NCBI GenBank assembly: GCA_963719055.1
Contig: CAVRAU010000023.1
Location: forward strand, 136,699 to 200,698
Length of the DNA: 64,000 nt
Source: an uncultured Acidobacteriota bacterium
GTDB lineage: Bacteria; Acidobacteriota; Thermoanaerobaculia; Multivoradales; JAHEKO01
Reading direction: 5' to 3'
Part shown: piece after piece, positions 1-8,651 of the stretch
Layout: each line of letters begins with the position of its first letter
How positions within the stretch are numbered: position 1 is the stretch's first letter
Position numbers and translations under genes: made by a program
The notes under the pieces: generated by a model
Told to the model about the DNA's origin: nothing
Database searches by the model: none
The model's input: only the letters and a program-made list of their open reading frames with translations

Positions 1-856
1 ATCTGCTGCTCGAACTGGCCCGGCTCGCCCAGAATCTCGGGCCCATCTCCCACCAGAGATTGATCACGACCATAGTAGAAAACCGAACCTTTGTGTTGGT
101 TGCTGCCGCTGCGGGTGATCGCGTTCAGCGAGCCGCCCGAGTAGCCGCCGTTGCGGACATCGTAGTCGGCCATCACCAACTGGATCTCCTGAATGGCATC
201 CAGACTGATGGGCGTGGTCTCCGCCTGGCCACCGGGAGTGCCCGGAGTCGGCCAGACCGAAGAGATCGTTGTTGACCGAACCGTCGATCTGGATGTTGTT
301 GAACCGACTGTTGCGGCCCGCAAAGCTGATCGCCTGAGAGTCCTCATTCTCCGCCGACAGGGTGACGAACGGGTTGGTGCGCGCAAAGTCGTTGAAGCCG
401 CGTTCGATGGTCGGCAGATCCTCGATCGTCTGGATCGCGACGTTGCTGGCCGCACCGGTGCGCGACGGGCTGATCAGCGGGTTCGACTCACCCACCACCG
501 TGACCGTCTCAGTGACGGTCTGCCAGGTTCAGCATGTAGGTCAGACGAGTCAGCTCACCCAGATTGACGTAGATTTCCGTCGACTGCTGGGGATGAAAGC
601 CCTCCAGGCTGACCGAAACGGCGTATGGACCGCCAGGGCGGACATTCTGGATGCTGAATCGCCCTTGGGTATCGGTTACCGTCGCATAGCGGGTTCCGGT
701 GGGTTGATGGATGGCCTCGACATTGACGCCCGGCAGTGCGGCTTTGTCCGCGTCGCTCACGACACCGCCCAGAGCACCAGTGGTGGTCTGTGCGAAGGCC
801 ATGCTCGTGCAGAGCGCCAGAGCGAGGAATAGTGCGGCTCTGGTTGTGAATCTCAT
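1..856 (-). CDS. TonB-dependent receptor (carboxypeptidase-regulatory-like N-domain + plug); C-terminal part runs off window start; two apparent frameshifts (~245, ~505)
   Basis: ATG at 856 (MRFTTRAALFLALALCTSMAFAQ signal peptide) with GGAGG 7 nt upstream. Followed by CarbopepD_reg-like 'GVVSDADKAALPGVNVEAIHQPTGTRYATVTDTQGRFSI' and plug motifs 'NNIQIDGSVNNDLFGL'. Frame changes to 'TPGTPGGQAETTPISLDAIQEIQ' after ~245. Confidence 0.75.
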
Positions 857-1127
857 AGCAGTCCTCCAAAAAGAAAAATAAGGGGTGAAATATGAGTGCG
901 ATTGGAAGCCGAGAATTCGGTCTCCGATGGAGAAACGGGTGGCGGGCAGGTCAGCGCGTGAACTCCCGCCCTGGGGTGACAACGGTGTGTCAAGAGGGCC
1001 ACAATTCGCTTACTCCGCCAGTCCAGTCGAGGCCTGGTTTTTCCCTGTGAAAACAGTCTATACCACCCATTTCCCCTTGGCTACAAGGGTGTCAAGCATT
1101 CATTCTTTTGGATGAAACAGGTGAGGT

Positions 1128-1589
1128 TCAGTCGACCCCGGTAGAGCCGAATCCACCCTCGCCGCGCTGCGTCGATGCGAGCCTATCTCTCTCTGTCAAA
1201 ACAACTTGCGACACCGGTGCCACGACCAGCTGAGCGATACGGTCGCCGCGCTCGAGGCGGAATTCCTCCTGCCCCAGGTTGACCAGGATGACCTTGATTT
1301 CGCCCCGGTAGTCGCTGTCGATGGTACCGGGAGTATTGAGGAGGGTGACCCCGTGGCGCAGCGCCAAGCCACTACGCGGTCGCACCTGCCCTTCCCAGCC
1401 TGTCGGCAGCTCCAGAATCAGACCTGTCGGCACCTGGACACGCTGGCCAGGTGCAACGATCTGCGCGGCTTCGATGGCCGCTCGGAGATCCACTCCAGCA
1501 CTACCAGGCGAGGCGTGCTCCGGCAGAGCCATACCCTGGGCATGGGCCAACCGGAGCACCGGAATGGTGATGGGATCAGTTGCCGCCAC
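1128..1589 (-). CDS. dut: dUTP diphosphatase
   Basis: 153 aa. Motifs 'GSAGVDLRA', 'GLALRHGVTLLNTPGTIDSDYRGEIKVILVNLG' and 'GDRIAQLV' are typical of dUTPase. Last gene of the minus-strand secretion operon; overlaps the upstream gene by 14 nt. Confidence 0.85.
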   Translation of the reverse strand: MAATDPITIPVLRLAHAQGMALPEHASPGSAGVDLRAAIEAAQIVAPGQRVQVPTGLILELPTGWEGQVRPRSGLALRHGVTLLNTPGTIDSDYRGEIKVILVNLGQEEFRLERGDRIAQLVVAPVSQVVLTERDRLASTQRGEGGFGSTGVD

Positions 1590-2304
1590 TGCGATTCGAC
1601 CGCCGTCGTGGATTGCGATTCACCGGACCTTGACCGGACTGCGCCGGGGTATTGCCACCCACCGGGCCCAGACCTGGACGAAAGGGCCGCCCCACCCAGC
1701 GAACGTTCGCCCGGACGGGACTCAGGGTATCTGGTGTGAGGTTGGCGATGGGAACCAGGTCGGCGGTGAATCGCCAGTCACTGTGCTTGCTACCCTCGAA
1801 GAAACTCTTCAGCGCCTCGTCGTCGCTACGGCTGTGCACCCCGACAATCGGTGCCGTGCCCACGGCGGAACGCCGCCGCTGACTCTCACCGCCGAGTTGC
1901 CGCGGACCCGCACCCCCAAAGGTCTGGGGCTGCTGCTCGGGTGCGACCCCGCGGCCCCGACGACCGCGCCGACCCTGCCTCTGCCCTGGAGCGGTCTGCG
2001 CGTAGATCAGTCCCCACTGACCGTCATCCGTCAAGGGATCGGTCCAGAGCTGGCGGATCGAGCGAGGTTTCACTGTCAGCAGCTCTTCGAGACGCAGAGG
2101 GTAACGACCGTTGCGCAGCTGGAAGACACGAATCGCTTCGGCGTACTGCATGCCCCGGAAGATCAGCTCCTCTTCCTTGTCGCGTTGGATGACGTTGCTC
2201 CAAACGGGCATGGCCGCCGAAATGACGACCGCCATCACGGTGAAGATGATGATCATTCCCACCAAGGTGAAACCGGTCTGGGTCGAGCGACGGTTCTCTA
2301 CCAT
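1576..2304 (-). CDS. atypical pseudopilin: prepilin-type N-terminus with Gly at +5, GspG-like core, Arg/Gly/Pro-rich low-complexity C-terminal tail
   Basis: N-terminus 'TQTGFTLVGMIIIFTVMAV' (G^FTLxG instead of G^FTLxE). 'YAEAIRVFQLRNGRYP' resembles the GspG core. C-terminal ~130 aa are RG/P-rich. Confidence 0.6.
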   Translation of the reverse strand: MVENRRSTQTGFTLVGMIIIFTVMAVVISAAMPVWSNVIQRDKEEELIFRGMQYAEAIRVFQLRNGRYPLRLEELLTVKPRSIRQLWTDPLTDDGQWGLIYAQTAPGQRQGRRGRRGRGVAPEQQPQTFGGAGPRQLGGESQRRRSAVGTAPIVGVHSRSDDEALKSFFEGSKHSDWRFTADLVPIANLTPDTLSPVRANVRWVGRPFRPGLGPVGGNTPAQSGQGPVNRNPRRRSNRSGGN

Positions 2305-2726
2305 TCGCTATAAGGAGTTCCGTGCAGACTGATCAACTCCGAACCAGAGTGGACATCGATGATTCCCGGCTGCAAATCTTCGGGGAGATCGGTCTCCGGA
2401 GGCTGCTCCTCCGGGTCCAACTCCTCGTAGACCACCAGCCAGGTATCCGCACTCTTGGTAATCGGATCTCTGGGGACCGCACGAAGATAGCCAGCCTCCA
2501 CCAGGGCCTCCAACGTCGGCGGGTAGTGCCCCTTGTCCCCGTGGAACTGATCGATCACATCGCGGAAGATGTGCAGATTGGATTTCAATACCGCCTCGGC
2601 GCCCCGTCGCGGCACATCCTTGAGCGCCGGCAGGGCGATGGTCGCCAGAATTCCGATCACGGCCACCACGATGATCAGCTCCATCAGGGTGAAACCCGAT
2701 CTCGATCTCGACCTTCTCATCACCAC
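2298..2726 (-). CDS. gspG: type II secretion major pseudopilin GspG
   Basis: 'SGFTLMELIIVVAVIGILATIALP' prepilin cleavage/methylation motif. 'FHGDKGHYPPTLEALVEAGYLRAVPRDPIT' is a GspG signature. 142 aa. Confidence 0.85.
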   Translation of the reverse strand: MVMRRSRSRSGFTLMELIIVVAVIGILATIALPALKDVPRRGAEAVLKSNLHIFRDVIDQFHGDKGHYPPTLEALVEAGYLRAVPRDPITKSADTWLVVYEELDPEEQPPETDLPEDLQPGIIDVHSGSELISLHGTPYSEW

Positions 2727-3196
2727 TCCTTGTAGGGCACCTTGTTCAAGCCCACCCCTTCGCTCAGCGAATAGACATCGAAGACGTTCTCACCTCCCCA
2801 AGAAGTGGAGTCGAAGTCGTCTTGAAAGCTCCGCAGCCCCCACTCGTACTCGCCCGTCATGGGATCTCGTGGAATCCGACGCAAGAACCGCACCTGCTTG
2901 TCGATCTGCCCCACCAGATCCACTCCTTCGACCAACACCTCGATCTCACTTGGATAGCCATCGGTTCCCAGGTCCACCGGGATCAACCCGGCATCGCTGT
3001 AACGTTTGAATTCGTCAATCGCATTCCGCATGGTCCTCAGCGCCAGCCGCAGCTCGATCTCCTTGGCTCTTCTGACAGTGTACTTGGATGCCGGTAAGGC
3101 GACCGCGGCAAGAGTCACGAGAAGAGTCGTGACCAACACCAGTTCCACCATCGTGTAACCAGATCGGTGCCAGGCACGGTGCTCGGAACGAGCCAT
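2720..3196 (-). CDS. GspG-family pseudopilin paralog
   Basis: 'SGYTMVELVLVTTLLVTLAAVALP' (G^YTMVE, Glu at +5). 'RRIPRDPMTGEYEW' is a GspG-like C-region. 158 aa. Confidence 0.7.
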   Translation of the reverse strand: MARSEHRAWHRSGYTMVELVLVTTLLVTLAAVALPASKYTVRRAKEIELRLALRTMRNAIDEFKRYSDAGLIPVDLGTDGYPSEIEVLVEGVDLVGQIDKQVRFLRRIPRDPMTGEYEWGLRSFQDDFDSTSWGGENVFDVYSLSEGVGLNKVPYKEW

Positions 3197-3214
3197 TGCT
3201 TTGGGTTCCTCCGG

Positions 3215-5804
3215 CTAGCCGCGGAGCGGTGGATCACCGCGCTCGGGTGGGTCGGGCCTTTCCGGAGTCTCGAAAGGCTCCGAAGCGCTGCCCTCCGGTC
3301 CCACCTGAATGACCGCTCTCTTCTTCTTCAAAGGCTGGATGGGTTCGAGGGCTCGATCCAGAGCCTTGCCCTTCTCGAACTTCACCACCGCCCGGCCTTC
3401 GGTCAGGGCGCGAAACCGGACAAAAGCCACCGTACCCTGCCCCTGGACCCCTTGACGATTCCCCAGCCGGCTGGCACCGAGGACGATTCGACCCGGCTCG
3501 GAGAACTCGGACAGGAATTGGCTCTCCTTCTTGGAGCCGATGAAATCGCCTGACCAGACATCCAGAACCTGGAGCCGTTTGTCGTTATAGCGCAAGGTGA
3601 TCGGCAGGTGCGACACCTGTTGCGAAGCATCGATCTGGACGGCCACATTGAAGCGGTCGCCAACTCCGACCCTCTTCTTTGTCGGCTGCAGCCGAATCTC
3701 GACAGCCGCCGCGGTCTCGTCGCGGTCGGCAGCCAGTTGTATCTCCGAGTGGCGACCCGGCGAGTAGCTCGCCGGCATGAACAGAGGCCGATGCTGGCGG
3801 CGATAGGAAACCTCGGATGGACCGCCGTCCTCCTCGTCTTCTGTGGCGGGCAACGAGTCTTCAAAAGGATCGAACTCGCGTTGTTCAGGCTCGCCTTCGA
3901 AGAAATCTCGTGGCGTGCCGGGTTCCACTATCTGTTGCCCCGGCAGATCGTCCTCGGTGCCCGTCTCCTCTCCTTGCTCGTTCTGCAGTCCGCGAGGCAG
4001 GTTCTGGATGCGGCGCCGGATCATCTCGCGAATCCTCTCCGCATCTTCGTCGCCACCGTCTTCGTCAAATGGACCCTCCACATCCGACTCCACTCTGGGA
4101 CTACCGCCACGGAAGGTGATATTGGCTTCGGTCCCCACCCAGATGGGCAGTAGGTCCTGCTCATCGATGTTGGCCGTCCGGATGATGTGGGGTGTCATCG
4201 TCAGGATGAGATCCGTGCGGTCCAAATCGGTCCTCTTGTGTGTGAAGAGACGACCGATGATCGGAATGTCCATCAGCCCCGGGATACCGGTATCCGTGGT
4301 CGTCTCATCGGTGCGGATCAGACCGGCCAGGAAGTTGGTCTCACCGTCCTTCAGACGAATATTGGATTCGATCCGCCGAGTGGCAATGATCGGCTGCTGA
4401 CCCCGACTCACCGACAAAACCGGTGATGGCACTGACTTCGACCTTGAGCTTGAGAGTGATCTCCTTGTTGTGGTGAATCCGGGGCTCGATATCCAGACGG
4501 ATGCCGATGTCCTGATACTGGAACGAGGTGATCGGCACGATGTTGCCACCGATGGTATTGGCACTGTTGAAGGTGGTGACCGGGATGGGAACCTGATCCC
4601 CGATGTGAAGAAGCGCTTTCTCGCCATCGCTGATCCTGACCTGAGGACTGGCCAGCAGTTGGGCTTCCGTTCGCTGTTTCATGAAGTCGTAGCTGAAGCT
4701 GGGAATGGTCACCAGCCAATCGCCCTGGTTGATGAACTCCAGATCGGAGACCCGGTAGCCACCGGTGTCGCCGACTTGCAGGGACGGATCGAGGAACTGC
4801 GTGATCTGGTAGTCGCTCAGCAGGATTCCCAACTCCTGGAGTTTCTTGGTGTCGATCTCGAGCAGCTCCACATCCACCACGACTTCGCCGCGGGACTTGT
4901 CATTGGTGCCGATGATCGTCTCGGCCACCTTGACCTTGTCGGCGCTGTCCCGCAAAACGATGGCGTTGAGCTGATCGTTGGCGGCCACGTTCTTGGCTCC
5001 CACCAGGCTGCGGAGCATGGTCATGACGTCCTTGGGCTCGGCATTCGAGAGAAAGAAGGTCTGGATCACCAGATCCTCGTAGGCGCGACGATTCTGGGGC
5101 GTATCCTCGACCACTATGATGGTGTGCTCGTCCAGCACCTTGTAGAAGTGCTTGGACGTCCGCATCAGGATTTCGAGAGCGTCCTGGGCGTTGACGGATT
5201 CGAGCTCGATGGCGATCTCTTGATCGCGCAGCTTGGGATCGAACATGACGTTGATGCCAAAGGCCTTACCCAGTGCCAGATAGATGTCCTGGACCGACAC
5301 GGGACGGGGAAAGCTCAGGGAGATCGGTTCTGCAGAGCGGGGATCGAGCACCGGCGGCTGGGCTCTGGCGCCTCTGGCGGCCTCTTTCATTTCCGCCAGC
5401 GTCAGGTCTGGATCACCGCCTCTCTCGGTGACAGCGATGTCTTCCATGACCTTCTCGAGCTCGACACGGGCGTACTGGTTGGTAGGGTCGAGCTGCACCG
5501 CCTGCCTGTATTCCTCCAATGCCCGGTCCAGAGCCTCTGCTTCGTGCAAGAGTTTGGCTCGCTCGAAGTGCATCTGCGAGGCCTTGAGCTTGGCCCGCAG
5601 CAGACCCGTCTGATAGGAGACGTTGTTGGGATGGTTATCGACGAGCTCCAGGTACTGCATCACCGCTTGATCCCAGTCTCCTTCCTGTTCGGCTACCTGC
5701 GCCTGGCGAGAGGTGTTGTAGCCCGAGCAGCCCATGAGGGCTGCGAGAGCCATGACGAGTGCCATGCTGAAACCGCGGAGTCGGTGCCTTCGCATCGCCC
5801 GCAT
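3215..5804 (-). CDS. gspD: secretin (GspD/PilQ family) lipoprotein with ~340-aa C-terminal acidic linker + cohesin-like domain; one apparent frameshift at ~4400
   Basis: Start 'MRAMRRHRLRGFSMALVMALAALMGCSG' (lipobox LMGC). N-domains follow. Secretin domain 'QVRISDGEKALLHIGDQVPIPV...DIGIRLDIEPRIHHNKEITLKLKVEVS' continues in another frame as 'QQPIIATRRIESNIRLKDGETNFLAGLIRTDE...GIPGLMDIPIIGRLF...ILTMTPHIIR'. C-terminal extension covers 3215-4177. Confidence 0.85.
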
Positions 5805-5805
5805 C

Positions 5806-6399
5806 TTATCCTCCAATCTCCAATCGCTGGGCTGGAGCCTCGGGAAACCCGACAAAGCCCAGATCGGCTGACTCCATTCCTATCTTCACCAAAACGAATT
5901 TGTCCTTCAAGATGTCCCCCTCCGGGACATTGAAGATCTCACTGCCGTCCGTGAACACCGCCAGCCGCCGACGGCCATTGCCAAAGTTGCCCAGATACAC
6001 CACGTCGATGGCGGGTGGCCTCGGCGCCGGCGGCCGGACGGGCGCCGTGACCTCGGTCGTTCGACGCTGGCGAGCCTCTTCGATCCTCTGGCGAAGATCC
6101 GACTCCGTCGGCTTGGGTCGCGGAGGAGGCTCGGGACGACCTGCCTGAAACGGATCTCGGCCTTCGCTGAGCGCTTCGGTCCCCATCACGAGCGCACTCG
6201 AATGCAGCTCCTCGACTTCCGGCAGCGTCGTTCTCCAATCCTGCTCGGCCAGACCCGTGGTGCGACCGCCAGACGAGCGACCACCCGAACCGCTGAAGCT
6301 ATCCACCGAGAACAACGAACCGAGCCGTCGTCCTGCCGCGATCACGAGAATCAAGGCGAGAACGGCCAACAGGGCTTGTTGCTTCTGCTTCTTACTCAA
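5806..6399 (-). CDS. PilP/GspC-like inner-membrane lipoprotein-type secretion component
   Basis: Single N-terminal TM 'ALLAVLALILVIAA', Pro-rich linker and C-terminal beta domain 'IDVVYLGNFGNGRRRLAVFTDGSEIFNVPEGDILKDKFVLVKIG'. Sits between the pilO-like gene and the secretin. Confidence 0.55.
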   Translation of the reverse strand: MSKKQKQQALLAVLALILVIAAGRRLGSLFSVDSFSGSGGRSSGGRTTGLAEQDWRTTLPEVEELHSSALVMGTEALSEGRDPFQAGRPEPPPRPKPTESDLRQRIEEARQRRTTEVTAPVRPPAPRPPAIDVVYLGNFGNGRRRLAVFTDGSEIFNVPEGDILKDKFVLVKIGMESADLGFVGFPEAPAQRLEIGG

Positions 6400-6402
6400 C
6401 GC

Positions 6403-6982
6403 CTAGGCCTCTGCGCTCTCAAGATTGTCCAGGAACAACGTCGAGACACTGATGCGTACCCGAACATCCGTGCTTTTACCGCCTGTCTCGCTGACTCCTA
6501 TCTCGTCGAGGATCAAGAACTGCTCCGAGCGCTCGAGGGCATAGATGAATCGCCGCAACTCCTTGTAGCTGCCCTCCGCCGAAAACACGATGGAGCGGCG
6601 CACGAGCTCGAACTCCTCCAGCGCCTCGTCAGGGTACCGAAAGCCCGATGCTTTCACACCCGCGGCTCGTGCCATGGTCTTGACCTCGGCGATCACCTGG
6701 GTCAGCCGGTCGGCCTCGGAAGACAACCACCGTCCATAGAATTCCTCTACCCGAAGCCGATTGGTTTCGGCCTTCGCCCAGACGTCATCCAGAGCGGCCC
6801 GGTGCGCCTGCAATTCGGCCAGCGTGGTGCTCAGCCTCTCGACTCGAGACAAGCGCAACTGGGTCTGTCCCGCGAGCAGAAACCGGTACGTCGACAACAC
6901 GCCCAGATTTGACGAGCAGCAACAACAGACCCGGGAGCCAGAGCTTCAGCATCCGCCGCCACACCACTGCCGAGCCGATCAT
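6403..6982 (-). CDS. PilO/GspM-like membrane protein (apparent frameshift ~6905)
   Basis: ATG at 6982 gives TM 'VVWRRMLKLWLPGLLLLLV'. Frame then switches to 'LSTYRFLLAGQTQLRLSRVERLSTTLAELQAH...' (coiled-coil plus periplasmic domain). Sits between the pilN-like and pilP-like genes. Confidence 0.5.
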
Positions 6983-7656
6983 CCGTCACCCCCCGCCGAA
7001 TCGGTTGCCAACGCCGCCTCTTCGACCGCGCTTTCCGCCGTCTCGGCACTTTCCTCGGGCATCACTGAGGGTAGGTAGAGAACGTTGAGATTGAACTCCA
7101 GATGGCCGTCGTCTCGCTGGTTCTCTCCCATGAGATTCGGCAAGGTGAAACTCGAATGATCGAAGAGGTTGTCCACGAGCTGCAGCAGCTCCTCGGTTGT
7201 CTCGGCGCTGCCTTTCATATCGATGGCGATCAGATCCTGAAGGCGTGGATTCTTCGGCTTACCGCGACGCTCCTTCGAGGTTTTCGGCGATACCCGGTGC
7301 AGCTCGACGTTGGCTGGCAGAACCTCCTCCAGGCGATCGAACAACCGGCTCCAGGAAAACGTCCGGCGGGCGATCTCCTCGTTCAGGAAGACCACCTCTT
7401 CGTTCTGCTCGTCGAGATGCAGAGATGCGAGGTCAGCTTGCCCCTGCTTGATCGCTTCCTCCTCTGCCCCGATCTGCTCCTGCAGGCTCCTGATGGTTTG
7501 CCGCTGCTCGTTGTGAGCCGCAAGGTGGCGTTGATAGAGAAAGATGTTGATCGCCAACAGGGCCAGCGCCAGAATCCAGATCAAGAGCGTAGTCCGCTTC
7601 ACCGGTCGCTCATTGGCGAACGGTTGCGCAGCGAGATTGGGCCCCATGGTCCTCAT
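6979..7656 (-). CDS. pilN: PilN-like (GspL periplasmic-half homolog) assembly protein
   Basis: ATGA overlap with pilM at 7653-7656. 'GPNLAAQPFANERPVKRTTLLIWILALALLAINIFL' (INLLP-like N-terminus plus TM), then a periplasmic domain. Confidence 0.65.
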   Translation of the reverse strand: MRTMGPNLAAQPFANERPVKRTTLLIWILALALLAINIFLYQRHLAAHNEQRQTIRSLQEQIGAEEEAIKQGQADLASLHLDEQNEEVVFLNEEIARRTFSWSRLFDRLEEVLPANVELHRVSPKTSKERRGKPKNPRLQDLIAIDMKGSAETTEELLQLVDNLFDHSSFTLPNLMGENQRDDGHLEFNLNVLYLPSVMPEESAETAESAVEEAALATDSAGGDG

Positions 7657-8651
7657 GCGACCTCCTGCCTGGCGGCACCCAGCAAGGTTGCAACCTCGCA
7701 TAGGGGCACCTCCGTGCCCGCCGTGCTCAGAGGCAGATTCTCCAGGCGCAGGGGATGGGCCGCGAGGCCGAAGCCGCCAGCCAGCCACCCGAGCCACCTC
7801 TCTTCGATCTCCCGGGGCCCGATGAGCAGGAGACGTCCGATCTCGCCACCTGGAAACTGCTCCCCCAGGTACATCTTCGTCAGCTTCAGATCGCGTTCCA
7901 CCAGTTGTTGCGGGGGCTCGTCACCGGCCATCTGGGGCAAGGCCTTGAATCGATGCAACACGGGTTCGCCGTGGAGCACGAACGTCAGGCTGTAGCCCCG
8001 CGTCGACACGAAGGCCACGGCGCCCAACTCCACACCGCTGAGAACATCCCGAACCGCGGAGAGCAGGGTCAGACTCTCGCTCGAGATGTATCCCAGATGA
8101 ATCCCGCGATCCTCGAAGACCCCTTCCAGTTGCCTCAGGAGCCCTTCCAGTCCAAAACCCAGCAGCACACGACCGTTCCCAAACCTGTTTCTGGGAGAAG
8201 TCATGGTGCCGCGAACCCGCAGCTCCTCGACTCGGAAGGGCACCGTTCTTTGCAGCTTCCACTTCAGGACCTCCTCCCGGGCCTCGCCTTTGCGAGGCAA
8301 ATCCTCACTTTCGACGAGAGCGATGCGCAGCCAGGGATCCGGCAGGATCAGTGAACCCTCTTGCACCTCACCCTCCATGCCTTCCTGGAGCTCGGCCACC
8401 GCCGACCGAAATCTCTCCGGATCGTGGATCGGACCGCCGACGGGTCCGGCTGCAAAGAGATCGGGATCGAGATCCACGGCTTGATAGTCCGCCAGCTCAT
8501 AGCCGAAACTCTGGCGCTCGAAGCGGGCAAAGCGCAGCTGGGTCTCGTCCACGGAGAAGACGGCCGGTGGTAACGGCATCGGCTCCAGGCCAAAGAACCT
8601 CTTAGTCCACGAAGGTAACTTTATTGATCTCACGTAGCGTCGTGACTCCAT
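7653..8651 (-). CDS. pilM: PilM-like actin-fold cytoplasmic assembly protein (GspL cytoplasmic-half homolog); start may be at 8579
   Basis: 332 aa. 'VLLGFGLEGLLRQLEGVFEDRGIHLGYISSESLTLLSAV' and 'AVAFVSTRGYSLTFVLHGEPV' have an ASKHA/PilM-like pattern. Sits between gspE and pilN. Confidence 0.65.
   Translation of the reverse strand: MESRRYVRSIKLPSWTKRFFGLEPMPLPPAVFSVDETQLRFARFERQSFGYELADYQAVDLDPDLFAAGPVGGPIHDPERFRSAVAELQEGMEGEVQEGSLILPDPWLRIALVESEDLPRKGEAREEVLKWKLQRTVPFRVEELRVRGTMTSPRNRFGNGRVLLGFGLEGLLRQLEGVFEDRGIHLGYISSESLTLLSAVRDVLSGVELGAVAFVSTRGYSLTFVLHGEPVLHRFKALPQMAGDEPPQQLVERDLKLTKMYLGEQFPGGEIGRLLLIGPREIEERWLGWLAGGFGLAAHPLRLENLPLSTAGTEVPLCEVATLLGAARQEVA

Noticed and set aside
1321-2313. 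330-aa plus-strand ORF overlapping dut and the pseudopilin on the opposite strand
   Set aside because: Opposite to two genes with clear family motifs. Low-complexity Arg/Pro/Gly-rich translation. Rejected.
4470-5933. 487-aa ORF on the plus strand opposite the secretin gene
   Set aside because: Antisense to a strongly conserved secretin. Composition is dominated by Gly/Asp/Leu/Val typical of reverse-frame read-through in 65% GC DNA, with no recognisable motif. Treated as a GC artefact.
5900-6238. Small ORFs (82 and 99 aa) overlapping the pilP-like gene in other frames
   Set aside because: They lie entirely within a better-supported CDS and consist of Arg/Gly/Ser-rich low-complexity sequence.
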